From: Escherichia phage vB_EcoM_Shinka
Strand: one strand, 5' to 3'
DNA length: 64,000 nt
Sequence record: MZ502379.1
Shown piece by piece: positions 1-9,052 of the stretch. The notes beneath the pieces are model-generated. The model was given only the letters and a program-made list of their open reading frames with translations. It had not been told where the DNA came from and did not search any database. A program made the position numbers and the translations under genes. Every line of letters begins with the position of its first letter. The first letter of the stretch is position 1.

Positions 1-2178
1 TTAGGCCGCAAGGGCCTTCATAGTTTTAGCGATTTGGGAAACTTCATCATCACTTAAAGAGTTGCGATAACCGATGAAGTCGGAAACAATGCGGAATTTC
101 TTGGTAAACTCAGCAACCATTTTATCACTGTTTTTTGAAGCATTATTTGATAATACATCAAAAAGATTAGTTACTGTCCAGATGTCATGACCAATGGTAT
201 CTTTTCCACCATTAAAATATACACCCTGTAATGAACTAACCATATTAGCGAGTCGTGTATATTCTTCAGAAACTTCATCTACACTGAAGTACTTCATCAT
301 AAAATCTAACTCAGGATACTTGATAATTTTATCAATATATCGTTTAGCTGAACTTGAATAACCTACATACTTATCATAATCTACATCATCAAAAGCATCT
401 ACATATAAATCACGCAAAGCTTCAAAAATACATTGGCACTGACCGAGTTCTTTTACCTTTTTCTGTAAAAGCGGACGAATAACATAAAATTCATTAATGC
501 CAATAAGATTAGCCATACGAATCAAAATATTCATAGATGGATGACAAAGCGATGTAGTACCATCCATAGAGAAAATATCAGAACGATGCATATACGCTAC
601 ATAACCAGTAATTTCATCTGCTTCTGATGTGAGCGTAAATAATTCCTCTTTTTCCCAGCGCCCGTCTTTAATTTCAAACTTAAATGCTGTAGCAGCTTTA
701 GGACGAGGTGCTTTACTTTTAACTACCTTTGGAATATAACTTTTTACTAAAGCTTCAATTTCTGACAAATAATGAATGTTAACTTCATCACTTTCAAACA
801 TCGCCATAATATCAGGAAGCAAATCAATCTGCGATTCTACTTCTGGATTAATAAACAGAAGGCGTTCATTGTGATGAATATTCAAAGTGTTATTAAATTC
901 ACTATCATCTAATGCACGTGCTAATCCACGGACAATATTAACACGATTTTTAATATTATCAATAACAATATTAATTTTTGTTGTATTAATACCAAACAGA
1001 CGATAACTTGATGCAACGGCTGAAGTTTCATGACTTTGCTTAATGCGCTTCAGTCGAGGGTCAAGATTTACTTCATACACAACTCCTGCATTGCATAACT
1101 TACTATCAGGTTCAAACATGCTTTGCATCTTCTTATATGACAGATTTTTAGTCGTAAATTTGACTGAATTACTAATCATATAATCTCGAGCAGAATACCC
1201 CATCTTCATCAATTCACGATATGTATGACGGGGAGATGTGGATTCTTTAAATCGTTTTACATCTTCATTAAATGCTTTCTCACTGAGTTCTTTAACTCGT
1301 TCAATAATATTTTTACGAGTACGATCATCCAGTGAAAGAGCCTCGCGAGATGGAGCAATATCAAGTGAACCCATTGGAAACTTAATGTAATTCACTTCAT
1401 TGCGAATGCTTAGCCAGTTACGGTCTCTAATAACACCATCGATAGGATAAACAATACCGCCATAGATAGCATATAATCCACCACGATCAGGCCAGTATCT
1501 TTCTGGATTTACACCGTAATAGTCATCAAAATCCGGAAAATAATCAATTTCGCGGTCAAGACCATTAATGATAGCCAAATCTTTGAATGGTCGCATGATA
1601 TAAGAAACTTCATAAGCAAAGTTTCTAAAGTCTTTTTCTTCAACTGGAACTACGATTTCAATACCAGTTTTATCATCTGGACCCATTTCTTTTACGAATG
1701 TAGGTTTAATTTGTGGACCATCACCATCCATGTAAGCTACATAACCACGAATTTCACCTTTATGATACGAAGTAATACTAAATGTATCAGTATAACTAAA
1801 CGGAGATTTAGAACCTAAACCAAACCCGCCAATAAAGTCATTAGATTCAGCCTTAGATGAACTGAAGTATGAATTATATAACCCAGGAGAATTATCATCA
1901 CCCTGAATATCAAAATCACTCATACCCGGACCAAAATCTCGACAAACAAATCGCGGATCTAATCGTCCTGGAACTTGTATGATAAATTTTTCAGGATTTC
2001 CATTAAGTGCATGGGCATCAATCATATTAGTAATTAATTCACGGACTACTGCACGAATCTTGTTTGTATACAAATCAGATGACAGAATTTTAAATACTTT
2101 AGGAGATGCTGTGATGCTAAATGCTTTTGATTTAGAACCATTGCCAAGAATTGTTTCTTTTTCAGTGGTGATAATCAT
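1..2178 (-). CDS. rIIA: rIIA protein, complete (725 aa)
   Basis: Full-length ORF whose stop codon is at window position 1-3; length and sequence match T-even rIIA as I recall it; followed by rIIA.1 and gene 39 in canonical order. Confidence 0.92.
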   Translation of the reverse strand: MIITTEKETILGNGSKSKAFSITASPKVFKILSSDLYTNKIRAVVRELITNMIDAHALNGNPEKFIIQVPGRLDPRFVCRDFGPGMSDFDIQGDDNSPGLYNSYFSSSKAESNDFIGGFGLGSKSPFSYTDTFSITSYHKGEIRGYVAYMDGDGPQIKPTFVKEMGPDDKTGIEIVVPVEEKDFRNFAYEVSYIMRPFKDLAIINGLDREIDYFPDFDDYYGVNPERYWPDRGGLYAIYGGIVYPIDGVIRDRNWLSIRNEVNYIKFPMGSLDIAPSREALSLDDRTRKNIIERVKELSEKAFNEDVKRFKESTSPRHTYRELMKMGYSARDYMISNSVKFTTKNLSYKKMQSMFEPDSKLCNAGVVYEVNLDPRLKRIKQSHETSAVASSYRLFGINTTKINIVIDNIKNRVNIVRGLARALDDSEFNNTLNIHHNERLLFINPEVESQIDLLPDIMAMFESDEVNIHYLSEIEALVKSYIPKVVKSKAPRPKAATAFKFEIKDGRWEKEELFTLTSEADEITGYVAYMHRSDIFSMDGTTSLCHPSMNILIRMANLIGINEFYVIRPLLQKKVKELGQCQCIFEALRDLYVDAFDDVDYDKYVGYSSSAKRYIDKIIKYPELDFMMKYFSVDEVSEEYTRLANMVSSLQGVYFNGGKDTIGHDIWTVTNLFDVLSNNASKNSDKMVAEFTKKFRIVSDFIGYRNSLSDDEVSQIAKTMKALAA

Positions 2179-2188
2179 AATTTCCTCA

Positions 2189-2392
2189 TTAATTCATATT
2201 ACGCTTAATAACTTCAGCAACTTCTAGTAATTCATCTTTAGTTGCAGTGTCGGATTGAATTTTATCTCTAATATCTTTAAAGCGGTTTTTAAATTCTTCG
2301 GCTTCTCCCATATCGAAAAAGCGTTGAATGATTCTATATTCTCGATGAACTGCTTTATCAAAAAGTTCTAAATTTACTTTATATGATTTCAT
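2189..2392 (-). CDS. rIIA.1: small hypothetical protein at the rIIA.1 position (67 aa)
   Basis: ORF directly upstream of rIIA, preceded by an early promoter; position matches T4 rIIA.1. Confidence 0.65.
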   Translation of the reverse strand: MKSYKVNLELFDKAVHREYRIIQRFFDMGEAEEFKNRFKDIRDKIQSDTATKDELLEVAEVIKRNMN

Positions 2393-2417
2393 TTCAATAT
2401 CCTCATTTGCCCAATTA

Positions 2418-2447
2418 ATTATACCACATCCTTGTGGTAAAGTAAAC
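2418..2447 (-). promoter_or_regulatory. T4-type early promoter (GTTTAC, 18 nt, TATAAT with TGG extension)
   Basis: Minus strand reads GTTTAC-tttaccacaaggatgtgg-TATAAT; spacer contains the imperfect palindrome ccacaNNNNtgtgg; near-identical copy at 49100-49129. Confidence 0.7.
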
Positions 2448-4267
2448 TACTGGCTCATCCATTCTTTACGAAGGTCAGCATTATCTCCCATGAGCATTTC
2501 AAAAAGCTCTTTCCAGTTCTCAGGAAGTTTAACAACATCATATACTGGGTTTTGAATCATCTCACGATATTCAGATTTTTCCAAAGAGCCAAGTCCTTTA
2601 ATATAACGGATGCTATGTTTAGGTAGAGCATCTTTGGCACTCTCATATTCAGCGACTGTATAAAACCATTCTTGTTTTTTACCGACCTGAGCGATGATTA
2701 CAGGAGTTTTGACAAAGCGAATTCGTCCTTGCTCAAACAATTCTGGCCAATTACTAAAAAACCCGAGCAGAGAAGGATAAATGCTTCCTAGGCCATCATG
2801 GTCAGCATCAGTCATAATAGCGATATTATGATAATTCAAGTTTTCAGCTTTTTCACCGAGAACTAATCCAGTGATTGCGCAAATATCAAATAGTTCTTTG
2901 TTTTTAAGCATATCTGCATAAGACATACCCCAACTGTTGAGAACTTTACCGCGCAATGGATAACCACCGTGAAGTTCTTTATCACGAACATCAATAAGAT
3001 ATCCGATAGCCGAATCACCCTCAGTCAAGAAAAGAGTAGTGTCAGCATCTTTACCACAAAGATTCGCTTTGATATGTTTATGAACCTTAGCTTTAGAAGC
3101 CTTTTTAGCTGCTTTAGTTTCTGCTGCTTTTTCTGCCGCCAATTTACGAGCCAAAGCAGCTTCAATAATCGGCATTAGAATTGCTTCATTATTCAAAATA
3201 GCACGTGAAATCTTTTTAGCATCAAGTTGAATATGACTACGAATTTCGCCAAATGGAGAAGTCAAACGCTCTTTAGTTTGAGAATCAAATCGCATGTTTT
3301 TCATATCACGAACAAACATAACGATTGTCAAACATTCTTTAACGCGTGCTTTAGTCACATCAATTTTGAACTTACGTTTGATTTGTGGAATAAGGTCTTC
3401 ACAAATATCATCCATAACACAGTCAATGTGATGGCCACCATTCTTAGTATGAATGTTATTAACGTATGTTAATTGACGAAAACCATCCGGTGAACGACCA
3501 ACTGCAATAGAACAGTTTTCTTGTTCTTGAACGATAGCATGCTCATCATATTGGCGTGCATATTTCTTAAAATTGCCCTGAACCTTTTTACCATTAAAGG
3601 TAAATTGAATATCAGGATAAACAACAGCAAGTGTCTGGAGACGATCTAATGTAATGTCAAGATAAACTTGAGATAATTCATTAGTTTCAAATGACATAAA
3701 ATCTGGAATGAAAGTAACACGAGTTCCTTTCCATTTTCCAGGAATAGTTTCCCATGATTTATTTTCCATGCCATTTGAACAACGAACTACAATATTATTT
3801 TGACCATCACCAGTTTCACCGACAAACATCACAGAAAAAATGTTTGTCAAACTAGAACCAACACCATTCATACCGCCAGTGACGCGTTCTTTATCATCAC
3901 CGAAGTTACCACCTGCTTTTGGAATAGTCCATGCAGCAACAGGACCAGGAATTTCTTCACCGGTAGGTGTTTTAACCATCGCCTGCGGAATACCACGACC
4001 GTTATCTTCAACTGTTACTTGATTGTTTTTAATAGTAACATTAATTTTATTTGCGAATTTAAACTTAGTACGAATACCTTCATCTACTGAGTTATCGATA
4101 ATTTCATCAATAAGCTTAACAAGACCAGGTACATACTGAACACTTTCCCATTTACCAAACAGAAAGCGCTCATGCATTTCATTAGCAGAAGAGCCAATAT
4201 ACATGCCACTACGCTTTTTGATATGCTCAATATCGCTCAGAATTTTAATTTCATTCTTAATCATCAC
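2447..4267 (-). CDS. 39: DNA topoisomerase II large subunit, GyrB-like ATPase plus Toprim, with the gene-60 segment fused in frame (606 aa)
   Basis: N-terminal GHKL ATPase region; C-terminal 115 aa (NIAIMTDADHDGLGSIYPS...KEWMSQ) correspond to T4 gp60; one uninterrupted ORF. Confidence 0.93.
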   Translation of the reverse strand: MMIKNEIKILSDIEHIKKRSGMYIGSSANEMHERFLFGKWESVQYVPGLVKLIDEIIDNSVDEGIRTKFKFANKINVTIKNNQVTVEDNGRGIPQAMVKTPTGEEIPGPVAAWTIPKAGGNFGDDKERVTGGMNGVGSSLTNIFSVMFVGETGDGQNNIVVRCSNGMENKSWETIPGKWKGTRVTFIPDFMSFETNELSQVYLDITLDRLQTLAVVYPDIQFTFNGKKVQGNFKKYARQYDEHAIVQEQENCSIAVGRSPDGFRQLTYVNNIHTKNGGHHIDCVMDDICEDLIPQIKRKFKIDVTKARVKECLTIVMFVRDMKNMRFDSQTKERLTSPFGEIRSHIQLDAKKISRAILNNEAILMPIIEAALARKLAAEKAAETKAAKKASKAKVHKHIKANLCGKDADTTLFLTEGDSAIGYLIDVRDKELHGGYPLRGKVLNSWGMSYADMLKNKELFDICAITGLVLGEKAENLNYHNIAIMTDADHDGLGSIYPSLLGFFSNWPELFEQGRIRFVKTPVIIAQVGKKQEWFYTVAEYESAKDALPKHSIRYIKGLGSLEKSEYREMIQNPVYDVVKLPENWKELFEMLMGDNADLRKEWMSQ

Positions 4268-4291
4268 TTATCCTCGTTTGGTTTCGGGAAT

Positions 4292-4317
4292 ATTATACTC
4301 CGGTAATCATAAAGCTA
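4292..4317 (-). promoter_or_regulatory. candidate MotA-dependent middle promoter for gene 39
   Basis: Minus strand reads tTAGCTTTA (MotA-box-like), 12 nt, TATAAT, upstream of the gene 39 start. Confidence 0.35.
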
Positions 4318-4334
4318 AAGGCCCGAAGGCCTTT
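4317..4334 (-). terminator. stable hairpin with UUCG tetraloop (terminator/mRNA stabiliser)
   Basis: aaaggcc-cgaa-ggccttt on plus strand (7-bp stem); loop is UUCG on the mRNA strand; U-rich flank. Confidence 0.55.
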
Positions 4335-4603
4335 TATTTAAAACGAATAGTTGAATCCTTAAAGAACAGCCCAGAACATACTGTTCCTTCTACTTTCTGC
4401 CCGGTAGGTCCAATAGCACGAAATCCAGTATGCTGGAAATCATTTTCAGAGCAACCGAACCAGTTATATCCAGTGATTTCAATATTAGTAAACCCACTTG
4501 AAGACAAAACTTTGGTTGCATTATCAGCATCAGTACATCCTACTAAAGATACTGCTAATACTAATGCCGCGATAGAACGATTAACATATTTCATAATTTT
4601 CAC
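4334..4603 (-). CDS. small lipoprotein-like protein (89 aa)
   Basis: N-terminal signal peptide with lipobox-like LVGC; in the 39.1/39.2 region. Confidence 0.6.
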   Translation of the reverse strand: MKIMKYVNRSIAALVLAVSLVGCTDADNATKVLSSSGFTNIEITGYNWFGCSENDFQHTGFRAIGPTGQKVEGTVCSGLFFKDSTIRFK

Positions 4604-4971
4604 TTAAATTTAATGGCTTGAAGAAGACTAATAACTCTCAAGCGACTTCTTTCATCTTTAACTGTAAAAGAAAGAGGGTCACCAGACTTCATAGTAATAG
4701 TGCATTCAAAATCAAAATCTTCGGAAACTTCTTTGAAGAAGTCAAATTCTTCATCATAAATTAAAACTTCACTCCGAAGACTGTGAAGAGTTTTTCCGTC
4801 ATTTCCAGATGCTGTACTAATCATTGTAACATTATTACCTTTCATATCTTCAACGATAAATTCGCTTGTAGATATTACAGCATTAATAGAACCATTCCTA
4901 TAAATAGCAGAAAATAGATATTTCTTTTCTTCACCTTCGCGAATGCGATATTTCTTACCGATTTTAAACAT
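4600..4971 (-). CDS. hypothetical protein (123 aa)
   Basis: ORF with start/stop overlap to its neighbour (translational coupling). Confidence 0.55.
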   Translation of the reverse strand: MFKIGKKYRIREGEEKKYLFSAIYRNGSINAVISTSEFIVEDMKGNNVTMISTASGNDGKTLHSLRSEVLIYDEEFDFFKEVSEDFDFECTITMKSGDPLSFTVKDERSRLRVISLLQAIKFK

Positions 4972-4973
4972 AA

Positions 4974-5150
4974 TTACCCTTTAAGTAAGTCGTAAAATCC
5001 GCCATTCACATGCTTAGGGGCAGAGACTAACCGAATAGCAATCCGATGACAATCAGGACATACATCAGTATCTCTTTCAGAAATTTTCTTGATTTTTTCG
5101 TATTCTTTTGCGCAGTCTTTTGATTGACATTTATAATCATAAAGCGGCAT
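4974..5150 (-). CDS. small zinc-ribbon protein, CxxC-x(n)-CxxC (58 aa)
   Basis: Hand translation: MPLYDYKCQSKDCAKEYEKIKKISERDTDVCPDCHRIAIRLVSAPKHVNGGFYDLLKG; below the 60-aa cutoff of the ORF track. Confidence 0.5.
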   Translation of the reverse strand: MPLYDYKCQSKDCAKEYEKIKKISERDTDVCPDCHRIAIRLVSAPKHVNGGFYDLLKG

Positions 5151-5152
5151 AA

Positions 5153-5566
5153 TTATTCCTTAAAGTGAGCTTTCAACATCTGATACAAGGACCACGCCTG
5201 TTCATCATTTTCAATAGTAACTTTCATTACAGGGAATTTAGATTGATCAGTTATCGGTGCAGATTCTTCCTGCTCTTCAGCTGCCTGGTATGGATTTTCA
5301 ACTTCATTAAAGAATTCAGCTTCATTCGATGAAAGCCAAATAAAATCTTCATCCAAAATATCTTTACCAGAAGATAGTACTAAATTTCCAGCAAATGACA
5401 TAATTTTAATAGGACGCCCAAGAGCATCCACATCTAAAATTTTAAAAGGATGCATACCTAAACGGCGTGCATAGATTCCGTTATCAGTATGGTCTTTAAT
5501 AAAATTTTCTTGAGCTTGTTTATTTTTAAATTGATACCATTTATTAACTTCAAATCTAATAGCCAT
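5153..5566 (-). CDS. hypothetical protein (137 aa), in the goF/comC-alpha position
   Basis: ORF in the 39-motB interval; identity with goF not verified. Confidence 0.5.
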   Translation of the reverse strand: MAIRFEVNKWYQFKNKQAQENFIKDHTDNGIYARRLGMHPFKILDVDALGRPIKIMSFAGNLVLSSGKDILDEDFIWLSSNEAEFFNEVENPYQAAEEQEESAPITDQSKFPVMKVTIENDEQAWSLYQMLKAHFKE

Positions 5567-5784
5567 TAATAAATTTCCTTCCAGTAAGTTGTGCCATCTT
5601 CAGTGATTTCACGGAATACACCATAAATTGGTTGTTTATCACCGACTTTCTCATATACATAAACCGAAGTCAAGTGAGTAAACTTGATAGTGTGTTCCTT
5701 TTGAACTACTACCAAATCTGGATCGAATAATACATCTTCAAATTCATCATTAGTGCAATTCTGAACAATTTTACGTTTCATCAT
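5566..5784 (-). CDS. hypothetical protein (72 aa), in the cef position
   Basis: Small ORF preceded by a promoter-like cassette; size close to T4 Cef but not verified. Confidence 0.45.
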   Translation of the reverse strand: MMKRKIVQNCTNDEFEDVLFDPDLVVVQKEHTIKFTHLTSVYVYEKVGDKQPIYGVFREITEDGTTYWKEIY

Positions 5785-5882
5785 AATTTCCTCATTAATT
5801 GAACATTGGAGCGATGCGTTTCAGAAGAGTATCAGCGCACCTTTAACGAATTATCCATTTTATTCTTCAAGTTGTTTTCTGT

Positions 5883-5925
5883 ATCAGTAGTTGATATTGA
5901 TATAGTACCATAATCAACTACTGAT
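5883..5925. repeat. perfect 13-bp inverted repeat (atcagtagttgat / atcaactactgat) with 17-nt spacer
   Basis: Read directly; spacer carries a tatagtacca motif that recurs in promoter cassettes at 26231-26278 and 52066-52110. Confidence 0.8.
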
Positions 5926-5955
5926 GTATATAGTTTTATGAAAAAATTTTAAACT

Positions 5956-6447
5956 TTATGCATAGCGAGCTTTGCTGTAGTGTTTAATCCAACTTTCAGG
6001 AATGACTTTGTATGTTCCTAAAAATACCGCGTTGTATAACTTAACGCCATCTTCTACCCATTGATCAGTAATGTATGCACACATAGCGCGAGTACGCTGA
6101 GGAAGTGGTTGTCCACCTTCGGTAAATTCAAACTCATAAGGAGCAATGAACTTGATAGCTTGACCAAGTTTCCACTTAAAGTCTACACCTACATGCGAAG
6201 TATCAATCGTTTCAATTCCTTTAGCAGGAACAGCTTTCAAAAACGCAGGCTCAAGAAATTTCCATCGAACATAACCAAACTGGGGCTTAGACATTCCATC
6301 TTTAGCAATGATACGTACTTTTACTTCAGAATCTTCATCTTTAACACCGTGTTTAAGCTGAATGCTTACAACTTCGACCAATTTTCCTGCTGCTTTAGAA
6401 CGGGATTTATCAGATACACGAGCAATTTCACCGATATTAATATTCAT
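5956..6447 (-). CDS. motB: MotB-like protein (163 aa)
   Basis: Position between the cef-like ORF and dexA; length matches T4 MotB; shares a C-terminal domain with the next ORF. Confidence 0.6.
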   Translation of the reverse strand: MNINIGEIARVSDKSRSKAAGKLVEVVSIQLKHGVKDEDSEVKVRIIAKDGMSKPQFGYVRWKFLEPAFLKAVPAKGIETIDTSHVGVDFKWKLGQAIKFIAPYEFEFTEGGQPLPQRTRAMCAYITDQWVEDGVKLYNAVFLGTYKVIPESWIKHYSKARYA

Positions 6448-6520
6448 AATTATCTCTCACTTGTTAAAAAGATTTTATACTCCACAGGACCATTATACTC
6501 TGGTCCCAAGAGTTTGTAAA

Positions 6521-7069
6521 CTAGCTTACACGAACATTAATCACTGCGCTACGAGGAACTACAGAGTATTCTCCAGCATGAACTACGTTCAGAAGTTCAA
6601 CGCCATCTTCAATCCACTGGTCTGTTACCCAACCACAGATAGGATTATCAAAAGGACGACGGATAGACACAGCAGCACACAACAGGTCTGTAGGGTCTTG
6701 TTCTTCAACTTCTTGGAACAGGATGAACTCATCTTCATAAACCAGGTTTTTCTTTATTTTGTTATTATCTAACCGGCGACCGTGGATGACGTAAGATTTG
6801 TCAAACCACTCACTTTTGGCAAATTCTTCAACAATAAATTCGCCTTCGCCAAAAACATCAGTCAGAGTTTTATGACCAGAAATCAAGGCATTAGTTTTAA
6901 TTTTAGGTTCAACCAGTTTGTAGGTTTTGCCGATTTCAATAGCGGTAGTCATAGTAGGTTCCTTAATTTCCAGTGGTTTAACAGGGCATACATAAGTGCT
7001 TACAACATCAAAATCAATCAGTTTAGCTACCGGATTTGGTATGTATTCAGGATTATAATTAAATTTCAT
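6521..7069 (-). CDS. MotB paralog (182 aa) sharing the C-terminal domain
   Basis: C-terminus ...CGWVTDQWIEDGVELLNVVHAGEYSVVP aligns with ...CAYITDQWVEDGVKLYNAVFLGTYKVIP of the previous ORF. Confidence 0.6.
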   Translation of the reverse strand: MKFNYNPEYIPNPVAKLIDFDVVSTYVCPVKPLEIKEPTMTTAIEIGKTYKLVEPKIKTNALISGHKTLTDVFGEGEFIVEEFAKSEWFDKSYVIHGRRLDNNKIKKNLVYEDEFILFQEVEEQDPTDLLCAAVSIRRPFDNPICGWVTDQWIEDGVELLNVVHAGEYSVVPRSAVINVRVS

Positions 7070-7071
7070 AA

Positions 7072-7572
7072 TTATCTCATTTCAATAAAATCTACGAGTT
7101 CAGCATGCGATTTGCGGAACATTACTTGGTGCCCACCAATGATAACTTCATCTTCAGGAACTTCGTATACAGCGAGATAAAATCCTTTAGAAGATAATTC
7201 TTCCCGCTCTTCTCGTGTGAACCATCTCATCATATCATATTCACTAGCGAAAGCAAAATGATAAAGACCTATAAACCATCCTGGAATATGATATTCTACT
7301 CCAACATAATCTTTCTTGAACTTAGTATTAATTACTATATTAGCGTTTTTAACTAATAGTTTATCTTCGTGTGGTAAAGGAATTCTTTTATTATTATCGC
7401 TATGATGCATAAAATTAGGTCTGTCATAACCTACGTGTAATAGCCACTCTTCGCTCAATGAATCTATTATACTCCTGTACGGCGTTATTTGAACACAAAG
7501 ATTTCGACGTATTGTTATAGCATCTTCATAATCAAGAATACTAAACGATGATTCAACACGATAAATTTTCAT
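7072..7572 (-). CDS. hypothetical protein (start corrected to MKIYRVESS, about 166 aa)
   Basis: The track ORF extends into the promoter at 7600-7629; internal ATG preceded by GAGGA is the likely start. Confidence 0.55.
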   Translation of the reverse strand: MKIYRVESSFSILDYEDAITIRRNLCVQITPYRSIIDSLSEEWLLHVGYDRPNFMHHSDNNKRIPLPHEDKLLVKNANIVINTKFKKDYVGVEYHIPGWFIGLYHFAFASEYDMMRWFTREEREELSSKGFYLAVYEVPEDEVIIGGHQVMFRKSHAELVDFIEMR

Positions 7573-7599
7573 TTTATTATCCTCAGTAGCTATGGTGTT

Positions 7600-7629
7600 A
7601 TAATACCACAACTAACCGAGGAAGTAAAC
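7600..7629 (-). promoter_or_regulatory. T4-type early promoter
   Basis: Minus strand GTTTAC-ttcctcggttagttgtgg-TATTAT. Confidence 0.65.
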
Positions 7630-7635
7630 AACTTT

Positions 7636-8319
7636 TTATCGTTTTGTTGGAAGAGATAGAGGATCGCAATCTTCCTCTGACGGAGCATCTTCAAGACCCA
7701 TAGCATATCGCAAAGCATACTTCATCATCAGAATATCTTTCGCACAGTCATGAATAGAATCATGCGCAACGAATCCATCTAAAGTTCCTTTTGGAAGAGG
7801 ACACGTGGTCATATCACGAACAAGTAGAAGTGCTTCAATTCTGGTACGAATATCACGCTGATTCCAGAATTTACATGGTTCTAACTTAAATGTGTCAAGC
7901 TCATTCTCAGAAACACCATTAAGACGTTGAATATCACGAATGAGATCGACTAAAATTGGAAAATCAAACGACATTCCACGGCACCAGCCTTGAGATTTCC
8001 AAGGATCGATATTATGTGCATTGATGTAATCATTAAATTTTGCAATACCATCGATAGTGCTTACATCTTCATCTGATGGTGCAATATTTTTTCGAGCTTC
8101 AGGAGATTGGTTCTTCCACCATTCAATAGTGCTTTTAGTAAAAAGACGATGTCCTTTTTGGCTTTTTAAATCAAATTTGATTTTAATGCCGCGTGAAACT
8201 AATTCATCAAATGTTTCAACTACTTCTGGGTTAGGGTCAAAAGCAATTACAGCTAAATCAATAACAGCTGCCTTTTCGCCGCTTCCCATTGTTTCAAAAT
8301 CTATAATAAAATCAAACAT
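7636..8319 (-). CDS. dexA: exonuclease A, DEDD 3'-5' exonuclease (227 aa)
   Basis: Length and sequence consistent with T4 DexA; conserved position upstream of dda. Confidence 0.88.
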   Translation of the reverse strand: MFDFIIDFETMGSGEKAAVIDLAVIAFDPNPEVVETFDELVSRGIKIKFDLKSQKGHRLFTKSTIEWWKNQSPEARKNIAPSDEDVSTIDGIAKFNDYINAHNIDPWKSQGWCRGMSFDFPILVDLIRDIQRLNGVSENELDTFKLEPCKFWNQRDIRTRIEALLLVRDMTTCPLPKGTLDGFVAHDSIHDCAKDILMMKYALRYAMGLEDAPSEEDCDPLSLPTKR

Positions 8320-8561
8320 TAAATTTTCCTTGCTAAATCGCGAATTTGACCTACAGTATAATCTTGAATATAAACTTTATTAATAGGTTCATCAATAAAT
8401 TTTGCCATAGATTCAATATCTTTTTGTATTTCTTCAAGACTGTATACTATCTTTAAAGCTTTTTCGCGAATAGTAATATTTTCAGGACCCTGATTTTCTT
8501 CAATGACAGCTTTAACATTTGTCATAAGAGATTTAAACTGGTACCAACTCAATTCAATCAT
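8319..8561 (-). CDS. hypothetical protein (80 aa)
   Basis: Tightly packed small ORF between dexA and dda. Confidence 0.5.
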   Translation of the reverse strand: MIELSWYQFKSLMTNVKAVIEENQGPENITIREKALKIVYSLEEIQKDIESMAKFIDEPINKVYIQDYTVGQIRDLARKI

Positions 8562-8814
8562 TAATAATCGCCTTATAAAGATAGCTAATTTCGCCTAAAA
8601 TATAATCATTGATTGTAACAGTTTTCACTTCACCACAAAAGAATTCTAACGCAATTAAATCTCGTTCAATTTCTTCTAATTGAAGCCTCAACTTACTAGA
8701 TTCTATTTTTACAGTTTCACGATTTTTGCTATAAGCTATTTCATAAATTTCGCTTACTTTATCTTGAAGAAGATAAAACTGATCTTTAGTTATTTCCACG
8801 AATAGCTTCCTCAA
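8554..8814 (-). CDS. hypothetical protein (86 aa)
   Basis: Tightly packed small ORF between dexA and dda. Confidence 0.5.
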   Translation of the reverse strand: MRKLFVEITKDQFYLLQDKVSEIYEIAYSKNRETVKIESSKLRLQLEEIERDLIALEFFCGEVKTVTINDYILGEISYLYKAIIND

Positions 8815-9046
8815 ATTTAATTAGTAATTTACAGACACTTTCATCTAATGTAATTACCGTATCTGTATTACTGTGATATGATTGTTTTTCAATTCGTTTA
8901 ATTGCTAATATAGTATCACTTATAAGATAAAGCTTATGAAGGAGCTCAGCTCCTGTTACCATAACATTAAGATTATCTTGCTTATTAGTATGCTTCCTTA
9001 TACCATCTATTAGACGATTTAAATATTTTGAATTGATGTTAATCAT
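8786..9046 (-). CDS. hypothetical protein (86 aa)
   Basis: Tightly packed small ORF between dexA and dda. Confidence 0.5.
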   Translation of the reverse strand: MININSKYLNRLIDGIRKHTNKQDNLNVMVTGAELLHKLYLISDTILAIKRIEKQSYHSNTDTVITLDESVCKLLIKFEEAIRGNN

Positions 9047-9052
9047 ATAGCC

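Noticed and set aside
2447-4267. Gene 60-style translational bypass or programmed frameshift in the topoisomerase gene
   Set aside because: The reading frame is continuous through the gp39/gp60 junction; no gap is present.
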